A DNA stretch of 64,000 nucleotides, taken from an uncultured Desulfatitalea sp. GTDB lineage: Bacteria > Desulfobacterota > Desulfobacteria > Desulfobacterales > Desulfosarcinaceae. A program made the position numbers and the translations under genes. Each line of letters opens with the position of its first letter. The stretch's first letter is position 1. The notes beneath the pieces were generated by a model, which saw only the letters and a list, made by a program, of their open reading frames with translations, was not told the DNA's origin and did no database searches. The stretch is from the NCBI GenBank assembly GCA_963668675.2, contig CAXXMB010000002.1, positions 2,912,001-2,976,000 on the forward strand. Direction: 5' to 3'. Below are positions 20,677 through 29,943 of the stretch, one piece after another.

Positions 20677-20952
20677 TGTTGCTGAGCAAACCTACTATTT
20701 CCTTAGAACGCAGTTTTTCAACGCTCAAAGCAGTAATAGCTTTGATTGAACTGGATTTAGTTTTTTTTGAGGTAGTTACCTACTATCACAACCCATTGCC
20801 TGAAAATAGATTTGTTTTGAAAAGTTGTCAGTGCACCTGGGGGGATGCTTAAACTCGGACTGCACTGCAGCTTATAGATAATAAATGACTTATGAGTATT
20901 TTGTACAGTTGAAACCTCAACAATAAAATTTGTGAAGGAGGAGAGATGTACA

Positions 20953-23133
20953 ATGAATTTTTATGAAATGCTTGATCAATTGCCAATATGCCCAGGTGAA
21001 GAAATTTTGCCTTTAGGTGTCAAATCCGGAGGTCTCAAATATCAACGCAAAGGACTATCTGAATTTATAGGACCAGATATAGAACAAAGCATCAGTATAG
21101 AGCAACCTATTCACCCTAAAATAATAATTATTTCGGCGGCCGGTGCTGTGGGGAAATCTACAATAGCTAATGAAATCGCATACCGGAAACGATCACCAAT
21201 TTGGGATCTGGCCAAGGCTCCGGCAGTTGGTACTAACTCAGTCACGGGCCAAATTACAAGTGCATTCGGTTTTGAGACTGCATCTACAGTTAGTCAGCAG
21301 TTAATTAATGGTGAGCTTTTTATGATAATCGATGCTCTGGATGAAGCTCGCGTTAAAGCCAACGAGGCAGGTTATGAAGCGTTCATCGTCAATATCGCAG
21401 AAATTACAAAAAATGCGAGCGGAACACCTTTTGTGCTATTAGGTAGGACTCAGACTGCAGAGACAACTTGGCTCCTTCTTGATGATATAGGTATTCCTGC
21501 CTCCCTTCTGGCAATCCAGCCATTCACGCGTAGGCAGGCAGAAGAATATATAGAAGCACGAATAAATCATTTTGATGATTCAGCGAAAAAAAGAATACAA
21601 GACCATCAAGAACCATTCCTTATGGCGAGGAACCATATCCTTAACCTTCTTCAAAAGGCTGTTATTGGGGATGATAAAATACCTGACAACACTGCACGTG
21701 AGTTTCTTGGATATGCACCGGTTCTAGAAACTGTTGCGGTGCTTTTGGCAAAGGAGGGCAACTACCACGATTTCATAGAAAGCCTAAATTCTATGGGTAA
21801 ACAAGAAGATCGTCCGTTAGCAGTACTCGACCATGTTGTTACAAGGCTTTTAGAACGTGAGCAGAAGCAAAAATTACAGATTAACATCAAACCAGCGCTT
21901 GCAGCAGTAGCAGAGGAAGCTGGCTGGGACTCATGGAATGATCTATACTCTCCAGAGGAGCAGAAAGCACGGTTGTTGGGGATTATTCTTAAGCGTCGTG
22001 TAGAAGCATGCCCCAAGATGCCTACATCAGTTCGTGCTCAATATGAAGAACAATTAAAAGTTTGGTTGCCTGAACACCCATTTTTGCGTGAGGGAAGCAT
22101 ACCGGCAAACCTCGTATTCGAATCTTATCTATTTGCTGATGCAATGAGGGAATACCTTACACCTCTGGCGCAGGATGTTGAGGATCATGTAATGACAAGC
22201 GAATACAAACCTTCTCGTTTACTTGCAGATTTTTACATCTTGCTTGGACAAAAGCAGGGGGAAAATCGGGTTGCTCAACGGCAGATTGGAATCTTATATG
22301 ATTCATTGCTTGCGGGTGAAACCGATTCTTTACGAATAAGGTTATCTATTGAGGCAGGTGATCCTGAGGATGATAATGAAGACAATATAGGTGAAGGAGA
22401 ATTCGAACTCGTCTATGCGTTACCAGATTCTGATGGAGAGGAAAATGTTGAAACTCGCATCTTTATAATAGACCAAATAAATCGCCCACTTTCTTTTCGA
22501 AGGCAATTGAAAGATGCAAATATCATTACTCGAGGGATTATTAAACTTGGCGGAGAGGTTGACGATTTCGAGATAGGGCCATCGGTCCAAATTCGATGCA
22601 ATGATTTAGAGATAAACTCAATGGGTTTAATTGTACGCGGTGCTGGATCACGTGAAGTAGCCTCAGAGGCTGTTGTCCTTGACGCTCAGAATTGCAAATC
22701 AAGTGTTTCAAGAAGGCCGATTGTTCGTGGCAATCTTACAATTTGCTGGCCAGGAAGCGATTCCTATCCTTGGAATGAATATTCTGTGGAGTCTATCAAT
22801 TATAATCAAGAAAATCCATATATGGAGGAAACATATAGACGCTTGCGACGCATTGTAACTGCGTTTCAATCTCATAGCAAGGGGTCACTTGCTCGAGTAA
22901 GAGACAAAATCGAACATAGGCGCATTCTAAATAACGAAATGGGGAGTGCCCTATTAGATCAATTGCTAACCGACAACATCCTATATTTAAAAGGTAAGTT
23001 CTATCACTGGAATCCTAAACGTGGAGATGAGGAACTCGGAGCTTCATATGACGATTTTTGTCAACGACGACTGAAGCCTAAAACGAGAAATTATCTTAAT
23101 ATGTTCATCGAAAATAACCAAGATGCTTTTTAA
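20953..23133 (+). CDS. P-loop ATPase, NACHT/STAND-like, unknown C-terminal domains
   Basis: Walker A ISAAGAVGKST; Walker B MIIDALDEA; LLGR sensor-like motif; GYAPVL; GGAGGAG SD. Confidence 0.65.
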   Translation: MNFYEMLDQLPICPGEEILPLGVKSGGLKYQRKGLSEFIGPDIEQSISIEQPIHPKIIIISAAGAVGKSTIANEIAYRKRSPIWDLAKAPAVGTNSVTGQITSAFGFETASTVSQQLINGELFMIIDALDEARVKANEAGYEAFIVNIAEITKNASGTPFVLLGRTQTAETTWLLLDDIGIPASLLAIQPFTRRQAEEYIEARINHFDDSAKKRIQDHQEPFLMARNHILNLLQKAVIGDDKIPDNTAREFLGYAPVLETVAVLLAKEGNYHDFIESLNSMGKQEDRPLAVLDHVVTRLLEREQKQKLQINIKPALAAVAEEAGWDSWNDLYSPEEQKARLLGIILKRRVEACPKMPTSVRAQYEEQLKVWLPEHPFLREGSIPANLVFESYLFADAMREYLTPLAQDVEDHVMTSEYKPSRLLADFYILLGQKQGENRVAQRQIGILYDSLLAGETDSLRIRLSIEAGDPEDDNEDNIGEGEFELVYALPDSDGEENVETRIFIIDQINRPLSFRRQLKDANIITRGIIKLGGEVDDFEIGPSVQIRCNDLEINSMGLIVRGAGSREVASEAVVLDAQNCKSSVSRRPIVRGNLTICWPGSDSYPWNEYSVESINYNQENPYMEETYRRLRRIVTAFQSHSKGSLARVRDKIEHRRILNNEMGSALLDQLLTDNILYLKGKFYHWNPKRGDEELGASYDDFCQRRLKPKTRNYLNMFIENNQDAF

Positions 23134-23339
23134 TTCGTATTACTCGATCATATGGACCTCATTGAAGGTTCGTATCTAAAAAAACGCAGGTGCTGCGTAT
23201 TAATAAATTGTTACTTCATGGTCGATTATATGAGACCAGAAGGATGTTTCACATTTCAAAAACGATATGTCGTAATCACAAATCGATATAACAAGTCGCC
23301 CTCCTGGCCCATCTTGTTCACACACCAGCGAACTTCCCT

Positions 23340-23570
23340 TTATCCCCCGCCATCGTCACCATCATCCGATTCCACATTCTCATCATCAGAAGGCAGCATA
23401 TCCCATGGCAGTTCAGCCGTGTACCATGTCAAACCACAACCACCTTCCTCAACCATATGAATGATTCTTCTTTGTTTTACCACGATGCCATTCCAAGGCA
23501 CCTGGATATAGTGAGGCATAGTTCGAGTGTGACCGATTTTATTACAATGCGGGCAATATTTCAGTGTCAT
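23340..23570 (-). CDS. Small zinc-ribbon protein (76 aa) with acidic tail
   Basis: CPHC...RRIIH...GGCGLTWYTAE; GGAG SD before ATG 23570. Confidence 0.6.
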   Translation of the reverse strand: MTLKYCPHCNKIGHTRTMPHYIQVPWNGIVVKQRRIIHMVEEGGCGLTWYTAELPWDMLPSDDENVESDDGDDGGG

Positions 23571-24618
23571 TGTTTTCTCCTCCATTAGTTGTAAGATTTG
23601 GGCGATTATGGTGTTCACCCAGCTTGAAATTTTCTGCGTTTCCGGTTTGAAAAATCTGACCAGCTGTTTCCTCAATAAGCCAGCGAAGGTCCCATGCATC
23701 ATCAAATATCGATCTCGCAAACTTTAACATTTCAGCAGGCGATGCGCTTACTAACCAGGTCAATGGTTTCGTAGAATACTGGATATGTAATCTTGGCAGT
23801 CGACCAGGGATATTCTCAAATTTTATTGCTGGTTCCCAAAATCTCGTTTTAAGCTTTGGCATCACAAGATCCAAGATTCGTTTCAAATACTCATCTCTAT
23901 CATCTTCTTGTTTAACCACGAATCGAACACCGTCGTTGTCCCAATACAGTTGTATTTCTCCAAGAAAGCAGCAGTCGATATAGATAACGTGCCCCCAGTC
24001 GTTAGTATCCATCACCCCATCGTCGAATGATTTCCAGGGCTCATAAAACGCTTCATTGAATGAATCAAAATAAACGTTCCAGAATGTATGAGCCAAAAAA
24101 CGCTCTTTGGATGGCAATTGACTCAGTGGCAGTTTTCCATCATCAGATGCATCCATGGGTTCAAGATATTCCGGCAAACCGAATGTGAGTTTCTTTTCAG
24201 CGATTTGGAAGAGACTGAATCTTAATGGATATCGTCGAAGATATTGTACCAAAGAAGCGACTACAAACTCGTTTGCTGCAGGGTTATGAGGATCGTCGTT
24301 ATTCGTGCCAGGTGAATATAGTATTATCCTTCTATCACAATCTTCCCCAATCCCAAACGTAGCATCAATGATCTGATCAACAGCAGGTTCGCCAATCTTG
24401 ACATCAATCAGCACTCTTATTGGTTCGGTATCGTTATTCTCTTTAACCTCTAATATGATTCCTTTACGGTTGCCTTTTCGATGGTACTTTTCTAAACGGT
24501 TAACTTCTGTGACTTTTGTAATTCCGCTCTTTTTCAGCAGATCGTTTAAGGATTGCTCTTCAGAAATGAAGTCTATAATATGATTAACGTTTTCATTTTG
24601 GTTTTTGAAATTATGCAT
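23542..24618 (-). CDS. Hypothetical protein (358 aa), possibly with a degenerate PD-(D/E)XK-like N-terminus
   Basis: Long ORF coupled to both neighbours; VLIDVKIG motif only. Confidence 0.6.
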   Translation of the reverse strand: MHNFKNQNENVNHIIDFISEEQSLNDLLKKSGITKVTEVNRLEKYHRKGNRKGIILEVKENNDTEPIRVLIDVKIGEPAVDQIIDATFGIGEDCDRRIILYSPGTNNDDPHNPAANEFVVASLVQYLRRYPLRFSLFQIAEKKLTFGLPEYLEPMDASDDGKLPLSQLPSKERFLAHTFWNVYFDSFNEAFYEPWKSFDDGVMDTNDWGHVIYIDCCFLGEIQLYWDNDGVRFVVKQEDDRDEYLKRILDLVMPKLKTRFWEPAIKFENIPGRLPRLHIQYSTKPLTWLVSASPAEMLKFARSIFDDAWDLRWLIEETAGQIFQTGNAENFKLGEHHNRPNLTTNGGENNDTEILPAL

Positions 24619-24775
24619 TTGGGTCTTCCTCCTTTTGGTCGATTTCTTTTTGAAGCAGGTCGCGAATATACGCGGATACCGTCATTTCTATTTTGTCGGT
24701 AATGTTGACCAGTCGCTGATAGCAATCTTCTGTGATCATCACACCGACATTTCGAGTATAGATTTTCTTTCTCAT
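24611..24775 (-). CDS. Ribbon-helix-helix-like protein (54 aa), not in the ORF track
   Basis: MRKKIYTRNVGVMITEDCYQRLVNITDKIEMTVSAYIRDLLQKEI...; GGAG-type SD; resembles 29612..29779. Confidence 0.7.
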   Translation of the reverse strand: MRKKIYTRNVGVMITEDCYQRLVNITDKIEMTVSAYIRDLLQKEIDQKEEDPNA

Positions 24776-24913
24776 GATGATTTCCTCCTATGAATTGAAT
24801 TTGAATTTGATTTGTATTTTGTTCTTATAAAATTTCGATGTTAGCTGCTGGATTGATTCTATAGAGTAGACTTGCAGACGGGGGAAATGCTAAAGTGCCT
24901 TCCAATTGAAAAA

Positions 24914-25010
24914 TTAGTACTGCTCGGAAGCGGGGTTTTAAATCAGAAATGGGGTGCGGTGTTTTTGATGAAAGCGGATCTGCAGAATCTTGGTTTGATC
25001 GTTGTGAAAA
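24914..25010. repeat. Diverged intergenic repeat, copy 2 (copy 1 at ~9600)
   Basis: Shared TCGGAAGCG..GTTT(T)AAATCAGAAAT core in the same orientation. Confidence 0.6.
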
Positions 25011-25089
25011 GATTGGAAAATTACAACGTTGGAAAAAACAAATACTTATAGTTATGATTTAGGCTAAGGTATGTGTTTAGGGTTCCGGT

Positions 25090-25257
25090 TCACCTGAAAA
25101 AAGTGTTTATGAAATAGGTTACCGCAATCTTTGGCACTTTCTCTGGGCGAAAATTAATGCCAAGAATCTCCCTTAGACGAATCAGAAGATTTGTTCCATC
25201 TATGAAAATCATTACTCTCCTAAAAAGTGGGATAGGAGATACTGCTGGAGGTTCCAT
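25090..25257 (-). pseudogene. Truncated NYN/LabA (PIN-fold) gene remnant (55 aa)
   Basis: MEPPAVSPIPLFRRVMIFIDGTNLLIRL..., matching the NYN N-terminal hhIDGxN motif, then an early stop. Confidence 0.5.
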
Positions 25258-25341
25258 TTTGTCACCGCGATTTTGTCTATTTTACAAGGTATTGTTTATT
25301 AGTGAGGGCGGCCTATTTGGCAATAATTCTTGTGCAGTCGA

Positions 25342-26019
25342 TCATCGAGTTTCAATCTCATTCATCCTTTTGATAAACAGAGAACACATTCGCAACTGTT
25401 CCTCTGGATCATATTCATACAAATCGTTTGCTATTTTTCTGAACCTCTCTGGTAGTTGCTCCTTTGTTTCGGTAATTACGTTGAAATAAATCCAGAGAAT
25501 TGTACCCTCTGCTCCGAGATCATCCTTAACGAGATCGGTGTAGGATGAAAGGGCAAGTGTTAGAAGATGCAAATTGTCTATTTCTTGAAGTGAAATATGA
25601 CCTTTCGCATCACGGTCAGCGTGTTTGAGAAAATTTGAAATCTTATTCCTCTTGTTCCACCATTTCCTTGCTGTATCTTCTGAAACAGAAACTCGGATGT
25701 CTTCGTATTTCGTCGACGCAGTAATAGGAAATTGCTCCGCCATCTCCTGAATCCATTGCATGGCCTTTATATCTTCGGTAAACTGCCTTGGAAGTGTACC
25801 GCGCCGATAATCTCGAACAACATAAAAAATCATGGTGAGATAATAGTCTCCAACCTCATCGCGGCCCCGCTTCATTTTTATGTCTGAGATTATTCTATAA
25901 GCGGCTGAAGCAACTGTGTGAATAGCAAGCTCGTCCTCACATAAAAAAAACATACGGATTGCAGCACGTAACTGGCGCCGCGCAGCGACCAGTTTAGGTA
26001 TATGAAGTTGCGCGCTCAT
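25342..26019 (-). CDS. HEPN-like helical protein
   Basis: KLVAARRQLRAAIRMFF...AIHTVASAA...RNKISNFLKHADRD. Confidence 0.5.
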   Translation of the reverse strand: MSAQLHIPKLVAARRQLRAAIRMFFLCEDELAIHTVASAAYRIISDIKMKRGRDEVGDYYLTMIFYVVRDYRRGTLPRQFTEDIKAMQWIQEMAEQFPITASTKYEDIRVSVSEDTARKWWNKRNKISNFLKHADRDAKGHISLQEIDNLHLLTLALSSYTDLVKDDLGAEGTILWIYFNVITETKEQLPERFRKIANDLYEYDPEEQLRMCSLFIKRMNEIETR

Positions 26020-26571
26020 AATTCCCTCGATAAAGACCAATCCTGACAATCAAATGAGGTTTATCTCCATCTTTCATAATGGTATGTTACATGAACATTT
26101 TGATGAGAATTTAAATTAAAATAATGATAAGCCGATTTCATTCAATCATCGTATCTTGAACCATTCTTTGTCATTTAATTATGATCTTCGATACGTTTAG
26201 AATATCCAAAAATTTTCATGGCTGTCAAACTTTATGATGACATATCAAATCTACATTTAACAAAAAAGCACCACCATGATGGGGAACTACTACAACCATT
26301 TTTTTATTTTTTTTAGATACCTGCTTTTTGCTTATAGACTATCTCCTCATCTTGTCCATAATCTGTTAGCAATCAGGATAGTCGACTACACTTACACTTG
26401 CTATTATTCTCATCCTCACCCTACTTCCTCAAAAAAATAAAAATAAATGGTTCTCCCTGGCAAAGAATCCCGACAGGGATGCTTTGACGTCCTTAATATA
26501 TCATATAATATCATCAGATCTCGCAAATTTCTCAAAAATATCACTAATTCAATTAATTATAAATCTCGACT

Positions 26572-26634
26572 CTTTACCGACCCTACCACATCCTTTACTG
26601 ACCCTGCTACATCCTTTACCGACCCTGCCATGTC
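26572..26634. repeat. Three tandem 21-bp iteron-like repeats next to an AT-rich tract (putative origin)
   Basis: CTTTACCGACCCTACCACATC / CTTTACTGACCCTGCTACATC / CTTTACCGACCCTGCCATGTC; AT-rich 26490-26570. Confidence 0.85.
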
Positions 26635-26638
26635 CCTC

Positions 26639-27790
26639 TTACGAGTTACTATTTTCATCAGGTGCAGATCTTCTAATCATATATTTCCGGGACTTGGGAT
26701 CATCACCAATCTTATCGAATGTATCGATATATCCGAAATCGACCAGTGGCTGAAGTATGTTGGTTTCAACTGTGTTCGCGAGATTCCACAAGTTGCTGTC
26801 GGTAAGTCCTGCGTATTCAGCGATGGTGGATAGATTGAATTCGATCTTTTTAAAGTTATTGTGGATCAGCGCTCTTCGATAGAAATACTGTGCCGAGTCG
26901 GTCAACTGGTAGAATCGAATATCGATGGGATCATTGTATTTGGCCAGCAGGTTGTTGACGAACATCTCTCCCAGAAGCGTATTGAATACGATTGTGTAGC
27001 GCCTGGACAAGACGACATCATTTCTTTTGACCGATATATCCTCATGGGCGAACTCGAAGAACCGGCTGTAATAGTTCATTCGATGTGTGTTTTCCTTGGC
27101 ACCCGTGGATTTCAATCGAACCGGAAACGTAAGCTTAAACTCTACCCGGGACGTTTCCAATAGCAGAGTTTTGATCTCCGTAGAATTCAGGTCCATACCA
27201 GTGAATTTCTTGAAATCATGATCTGTAAATCGGATGTAGTGTCGTTTTGTGCCTGAAGAGATCATACTGCCGGATCCCCCGTTTAGTTGGTTTTCCAGTT
27301 GCTCTATCTCAAATAGATCATTGAAAAGTGGCTCTGAATTCACCGGCAAGCAATCGCCCCCTTCCTTCAATAAAAACATATATCCGATGGCATCCATCAC
27401 CATTTGATTTCTTGTATTCCAATACCCTTTACTGATGCTGCAAGTGTTTCCCCACTTGTCCCTCCATTCAACGGGCCACGTTTTCACCTTCCCCTTTATT
27501 ATGGGTGGGATGACTTTGTTGGTGCCCCGTTCAGATCGATTCGACCAGAGCTTCTCTTTTGATACGTTTTCAAGGTCGGCAGATTTTGACAGCTTGGCAA
27601 TGACCTGGGACATGGCATTGACCAATATGGTGTATGCTTTGTCATGCCCCAGATCATCTTTCAGACCTTGCAGCTGTTCAAAATTTTCTATGAGTGTATT
27701 TAATTCGGCGTGTCGGTATTTCGGCGAAGGGATCGAATCATAATATTGCTGTATCTTACGTAACGTTGCTTGTGCTTGGTCTGTGCTCAT
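26639..27790 (-). CDS. Putative replication initiator (Rep/TrfA-like)
   Basis: Follows the primase-helicase and abuts the iterons; C-terminal winged-helix-like segment; family inferred from context. Confidence 0.55.
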   Translation of the reverse strand: MSTDQAQATLRKIQQYYDSIPSPKYRHAELNTLIENFEQLQGLKDDLGHDKAYTILVNAMSQVIAKLSKSADLENVSKEKLWSNRSERGTNKVIPPIIKGKVKTWPVEWRDKWGNTCSISKGYWNTRNQMVMDAIGYMFLLKEGGDCLPVNSEPLFNDLFEIEQLENQLNGGSGSMISSGTKRHYIRFTDHDFKKFTGMDLNSTEIKTLLLETSRVEFKLTFPVRLKSTGAKENTHRMNYYSRFFEFAHEDISVKRNDVVLSRRYTIVFNTLLGEMFVNNLLAKYNDPIDIRFYQLTDSAQYFYRRALIHNNFKKIEFNLSTIAEYAGLTDSNLWNLANTVETNILQPLVDFGYIDTFDKIGDDPKSRKYMIRRSAPDENSNS

Positions 27791-27803
27791 TCATAGATCC
27801 CCC

Positions 27804-29612
27804 TTATGCGTATTTTGATTTCTTTGGTAGCGACGTGACGGTATCTGCCTTGGTTGCTTCAATCCGGTCCCTGACGGTCATTTTCAATTTGTCCAGCTTG
27901 AGCGGTATCCTTCCAGTCATCCCTGTGCCTCGCTTTGCTTTGAACACGATGAGATCGATATTGCCGTCATGGTTGATGATGCGTTCCCAGTCGCTTTTAA
28001 GAGTGTATCCGTCATCTTCTACGGCGGCCAGGATACCCAGCCACGATGCTTCATACTCGATGTTCCCCGATTCTTTAAATGACGTCATTCCTAATCGCTG
28101 CCCAGATTTGTATGATTCCCGGGATAGCTCCGAGATGACCAACACGGGCAGGTTGTACGTTTTTGCCAATTCGGTTAAAGACCCCAGTATTTCATCCACA
28201 CGCAGACGCTCGTCCAAACGATTGCTTTCGGTTTTGACCTTGCGCAGATAATCGACCATGATAACCGGGGCCTTGTTGTGGCGAGCAGATATCTTATCGA
28301 CCAGCTGGGCCCAATCGTCGAGTTTGATCGAATTCTGGACCACGTATTTCGATTTGCTGATGAGAGATACCTGATCGTTACGAAATATCGCCTTTAGATC
28401 GGAATCGGAGACCCTGTTGTTGTTAAAGTCTTCGATATCAAATCCCGAAAACCTCGAAAACGTTCGATAGCGAAGCTCGGCAGCACCATCGTCGTAGCTG
28501 AAAAACAAAACAGGATGACCATTCAGACAGATGTTGTCCGCCATATTATTAATCAGTCCAGTCTTGCACGATGACGGAATCCCTCCGATCACATAAGCTC
28601 TTCCTCCGATCAATCCGCCGTTCATTTTCGATTCCATCACCGAGAGCAAATTACCCGCAAAGGAGACCTTGACATAATCCTGGTTGTATTCTGCGCAGAT
28701 TTTGCTTTCCGTATCGAGAAACTCGGTTACATCAATCTCTTTTTTCTCATCCTTACTGCTTTTGTTTTTCTGATGCGTGTCTCTGATCGATTCAAAAGTA
28801 CGTTTCAACTCAGAGTGATCAATTGGTGGTTTGTTTTTGGATGCGTTCCACTGTGTGATCATTTCCCAGACCATCTCCGGATCATTGCCTTTCCCAAGCA
28901 AGTGGCCGATGAGTTTCGTGGCTGAATGGTTTCTATTACCCTGTTGAGCACCTTTTTTCAGGATATCCGCATATTGATTATCGGTAACCGGTTTACTCGC
29001 TGTGCTATGGTTGTCAGAAGGTTTGGGTGTCGTTTTCTTCACAGGCTTTGCGGAACAAATGTTGACTTCCTTTAAATAATCGATCATCCATGGCTTACAA
29101 TCAGCGGGATCTATCTCGAATATTGAATATCCTTCTTCCCACTCATATTGCCTGCCGGATCCGTGAAAAGATGGTGGAGCAACCACGTATCCACCGTCTG
29201 CCCGTATATCCAAGTCAAGTTCCTTGCGAACATCGTTTCGGATTTCAAAGCCGGGATGTTTCGCATAGACATGGTATCCCTTTCCAGTTTTGACTTTGGC
29301 CGTTTCAGGGAACCCGCCTTCATTTTCGGCATATTCAACGGCATGATCCGAGTCCAGATCGAAAACGACGATCCCAGACACCTTGCCGGTGACGATCCCT
29401 ATATTGGCATCAGGCCATTTTTCAAACCATGCAGAGACCTCCTCTTCTGTTGGAAGGCGCATTTGGTATTCTTTCCACGGCATCGGTGGTGTTTTACATC
29501 GACGGATGAATTCTTTCTCTGATAATTTTTTTGATGCCATCGATGGACTGATAAGCGGTATTACTGAGAGTCCTTTGCTCAAATATTGCAGTGCGATTTC
29601 TTTGGTAGTCAT
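27804..29612 (-). CDS. Bifunctional Prim-Pol + PriCT + DnaB-like helicase fusion
   Basis: NIGIVTG...VVFDLD, KTGKGYHVY, DIRADGGYVVAPPS; GNRNHSAT; GGIPSSCKT, VDYL, SELSR, KESGNIEYEA. Confidence 0.88.
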   Translation of the reverse strand: MTTKEIALQYLSKGLSVIPLISPSMASKKLSEKEFIRRCKTPPMPWKEYQMRLPTEEEVSAWFEKWPDANIGIVTGKVSGIVVFDLDSDHAVEYAENEGGFPETAKVKTGKGYHVYAKHPGFEIRNDVRKELDLDIRADGGYVVAPPSFHGSGRQYEWEEGYSIFEIDPADCKPWMIDYLKEVNICSAKPVKKTTPKPSDNHSTASKPVTDNQYADILKKGAQQGNRNHSATKLIGHLLGKGNDPEMVWEMITQWNASKNKPPIDHSELKRTFESIRDTHQKNKSSKDEKKEIDVTEFLDTESKICAEYNQDYVKVSFAGNLLSVMESKMNGGLIGGRAYVIGGIPSSCKTGLINNMADNICLNGHPVLFFSYDDGAAELRYRTFSRFSGFDIEDFNNNRVSDSDLKAIFRNDQVSLISKSKYVVQNSIKLDDWAQLVDKISARHNKAPVIMVDYLRKVKTESNRLDERLRVDEILGSLTELAKTYNLPVLVISELSRESYKSGQRLGMTSFKESGNIEYEASWLGILAAVEDDGYTLKSDWERIINHDGNIDLIVFKAKRGTGMTGRIPLKLDKLKMTVRDRIEATKADTVTSLPKKSKYA

Positions 29613-29779
29613 TACATTGTATCCTCCTCTCGTTTAATATTGTTCAACGCCGCTGATACAGCTCTCCTGACCCATTCAGCCATACTGATCTGTTCTTCGT
29701 CTGTAATCCGTCTAATCTTGTCGAAATGTTCCTGTGGCAATGCCACGCTTAATGATTTTGAATACTGACTTGTTCTCAT
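29612..29779 (-). CDS. Ribbon-helix-helix (CopG-like) regulator (55 aa)
   Basis: SLSVALPQEHFDKIRRITDEEQISMAEWVRRAV; AGGAGG SD; stop overlaps the primase start. Confidence 0.75.
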   Translation of the reverse strand: MRTSQYSKSLSVALPQEHFDKIRRITDEEQISMAEWVRRAVSAALNNIKREEDTM

Positions 29780-29883
29780 AATGCTTTCCTCCTTTTGAAA
29801 TGATTTATGATGCAATGATGATTGCCCTATCATTTATTTGTTCTGTGACTTGGCACCCGAAACCTGTAAGTTGAGAATTCAAC

Positions 29884-29921
29884 AAAAAAAGGACAATCCC
29901 CAAATGGAGATTGCCCTTTTA
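29884..29921 (-). terminator. Intrinsic terminator-like hairpin
   Basis: AAAAAAAGGACAATC...GATTGCCCTTTT; U-tract on the minus strand downstream of the radical SAM gene. Confidence 0.6.
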
Positions 29922-29943
29922 TTACTTCTTGATCGGCGATTTA

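Noticed and set aside
26572..26634. Possible CRISPR array
   Set aside because: The repeats are contiguous with no spacers, and there are no cas1/cas2 or effector genes; the Cas4-like nuclease is a stand-alone PD-(D/E)XK protein
26447..26833. ORF with FTDPTTS/FTDPATS/FTDPAMS repeats
   Set aside because: The peptide repeat is just the translation of the 21-bp iterons, and the ORF is antisense to the rep-like gene
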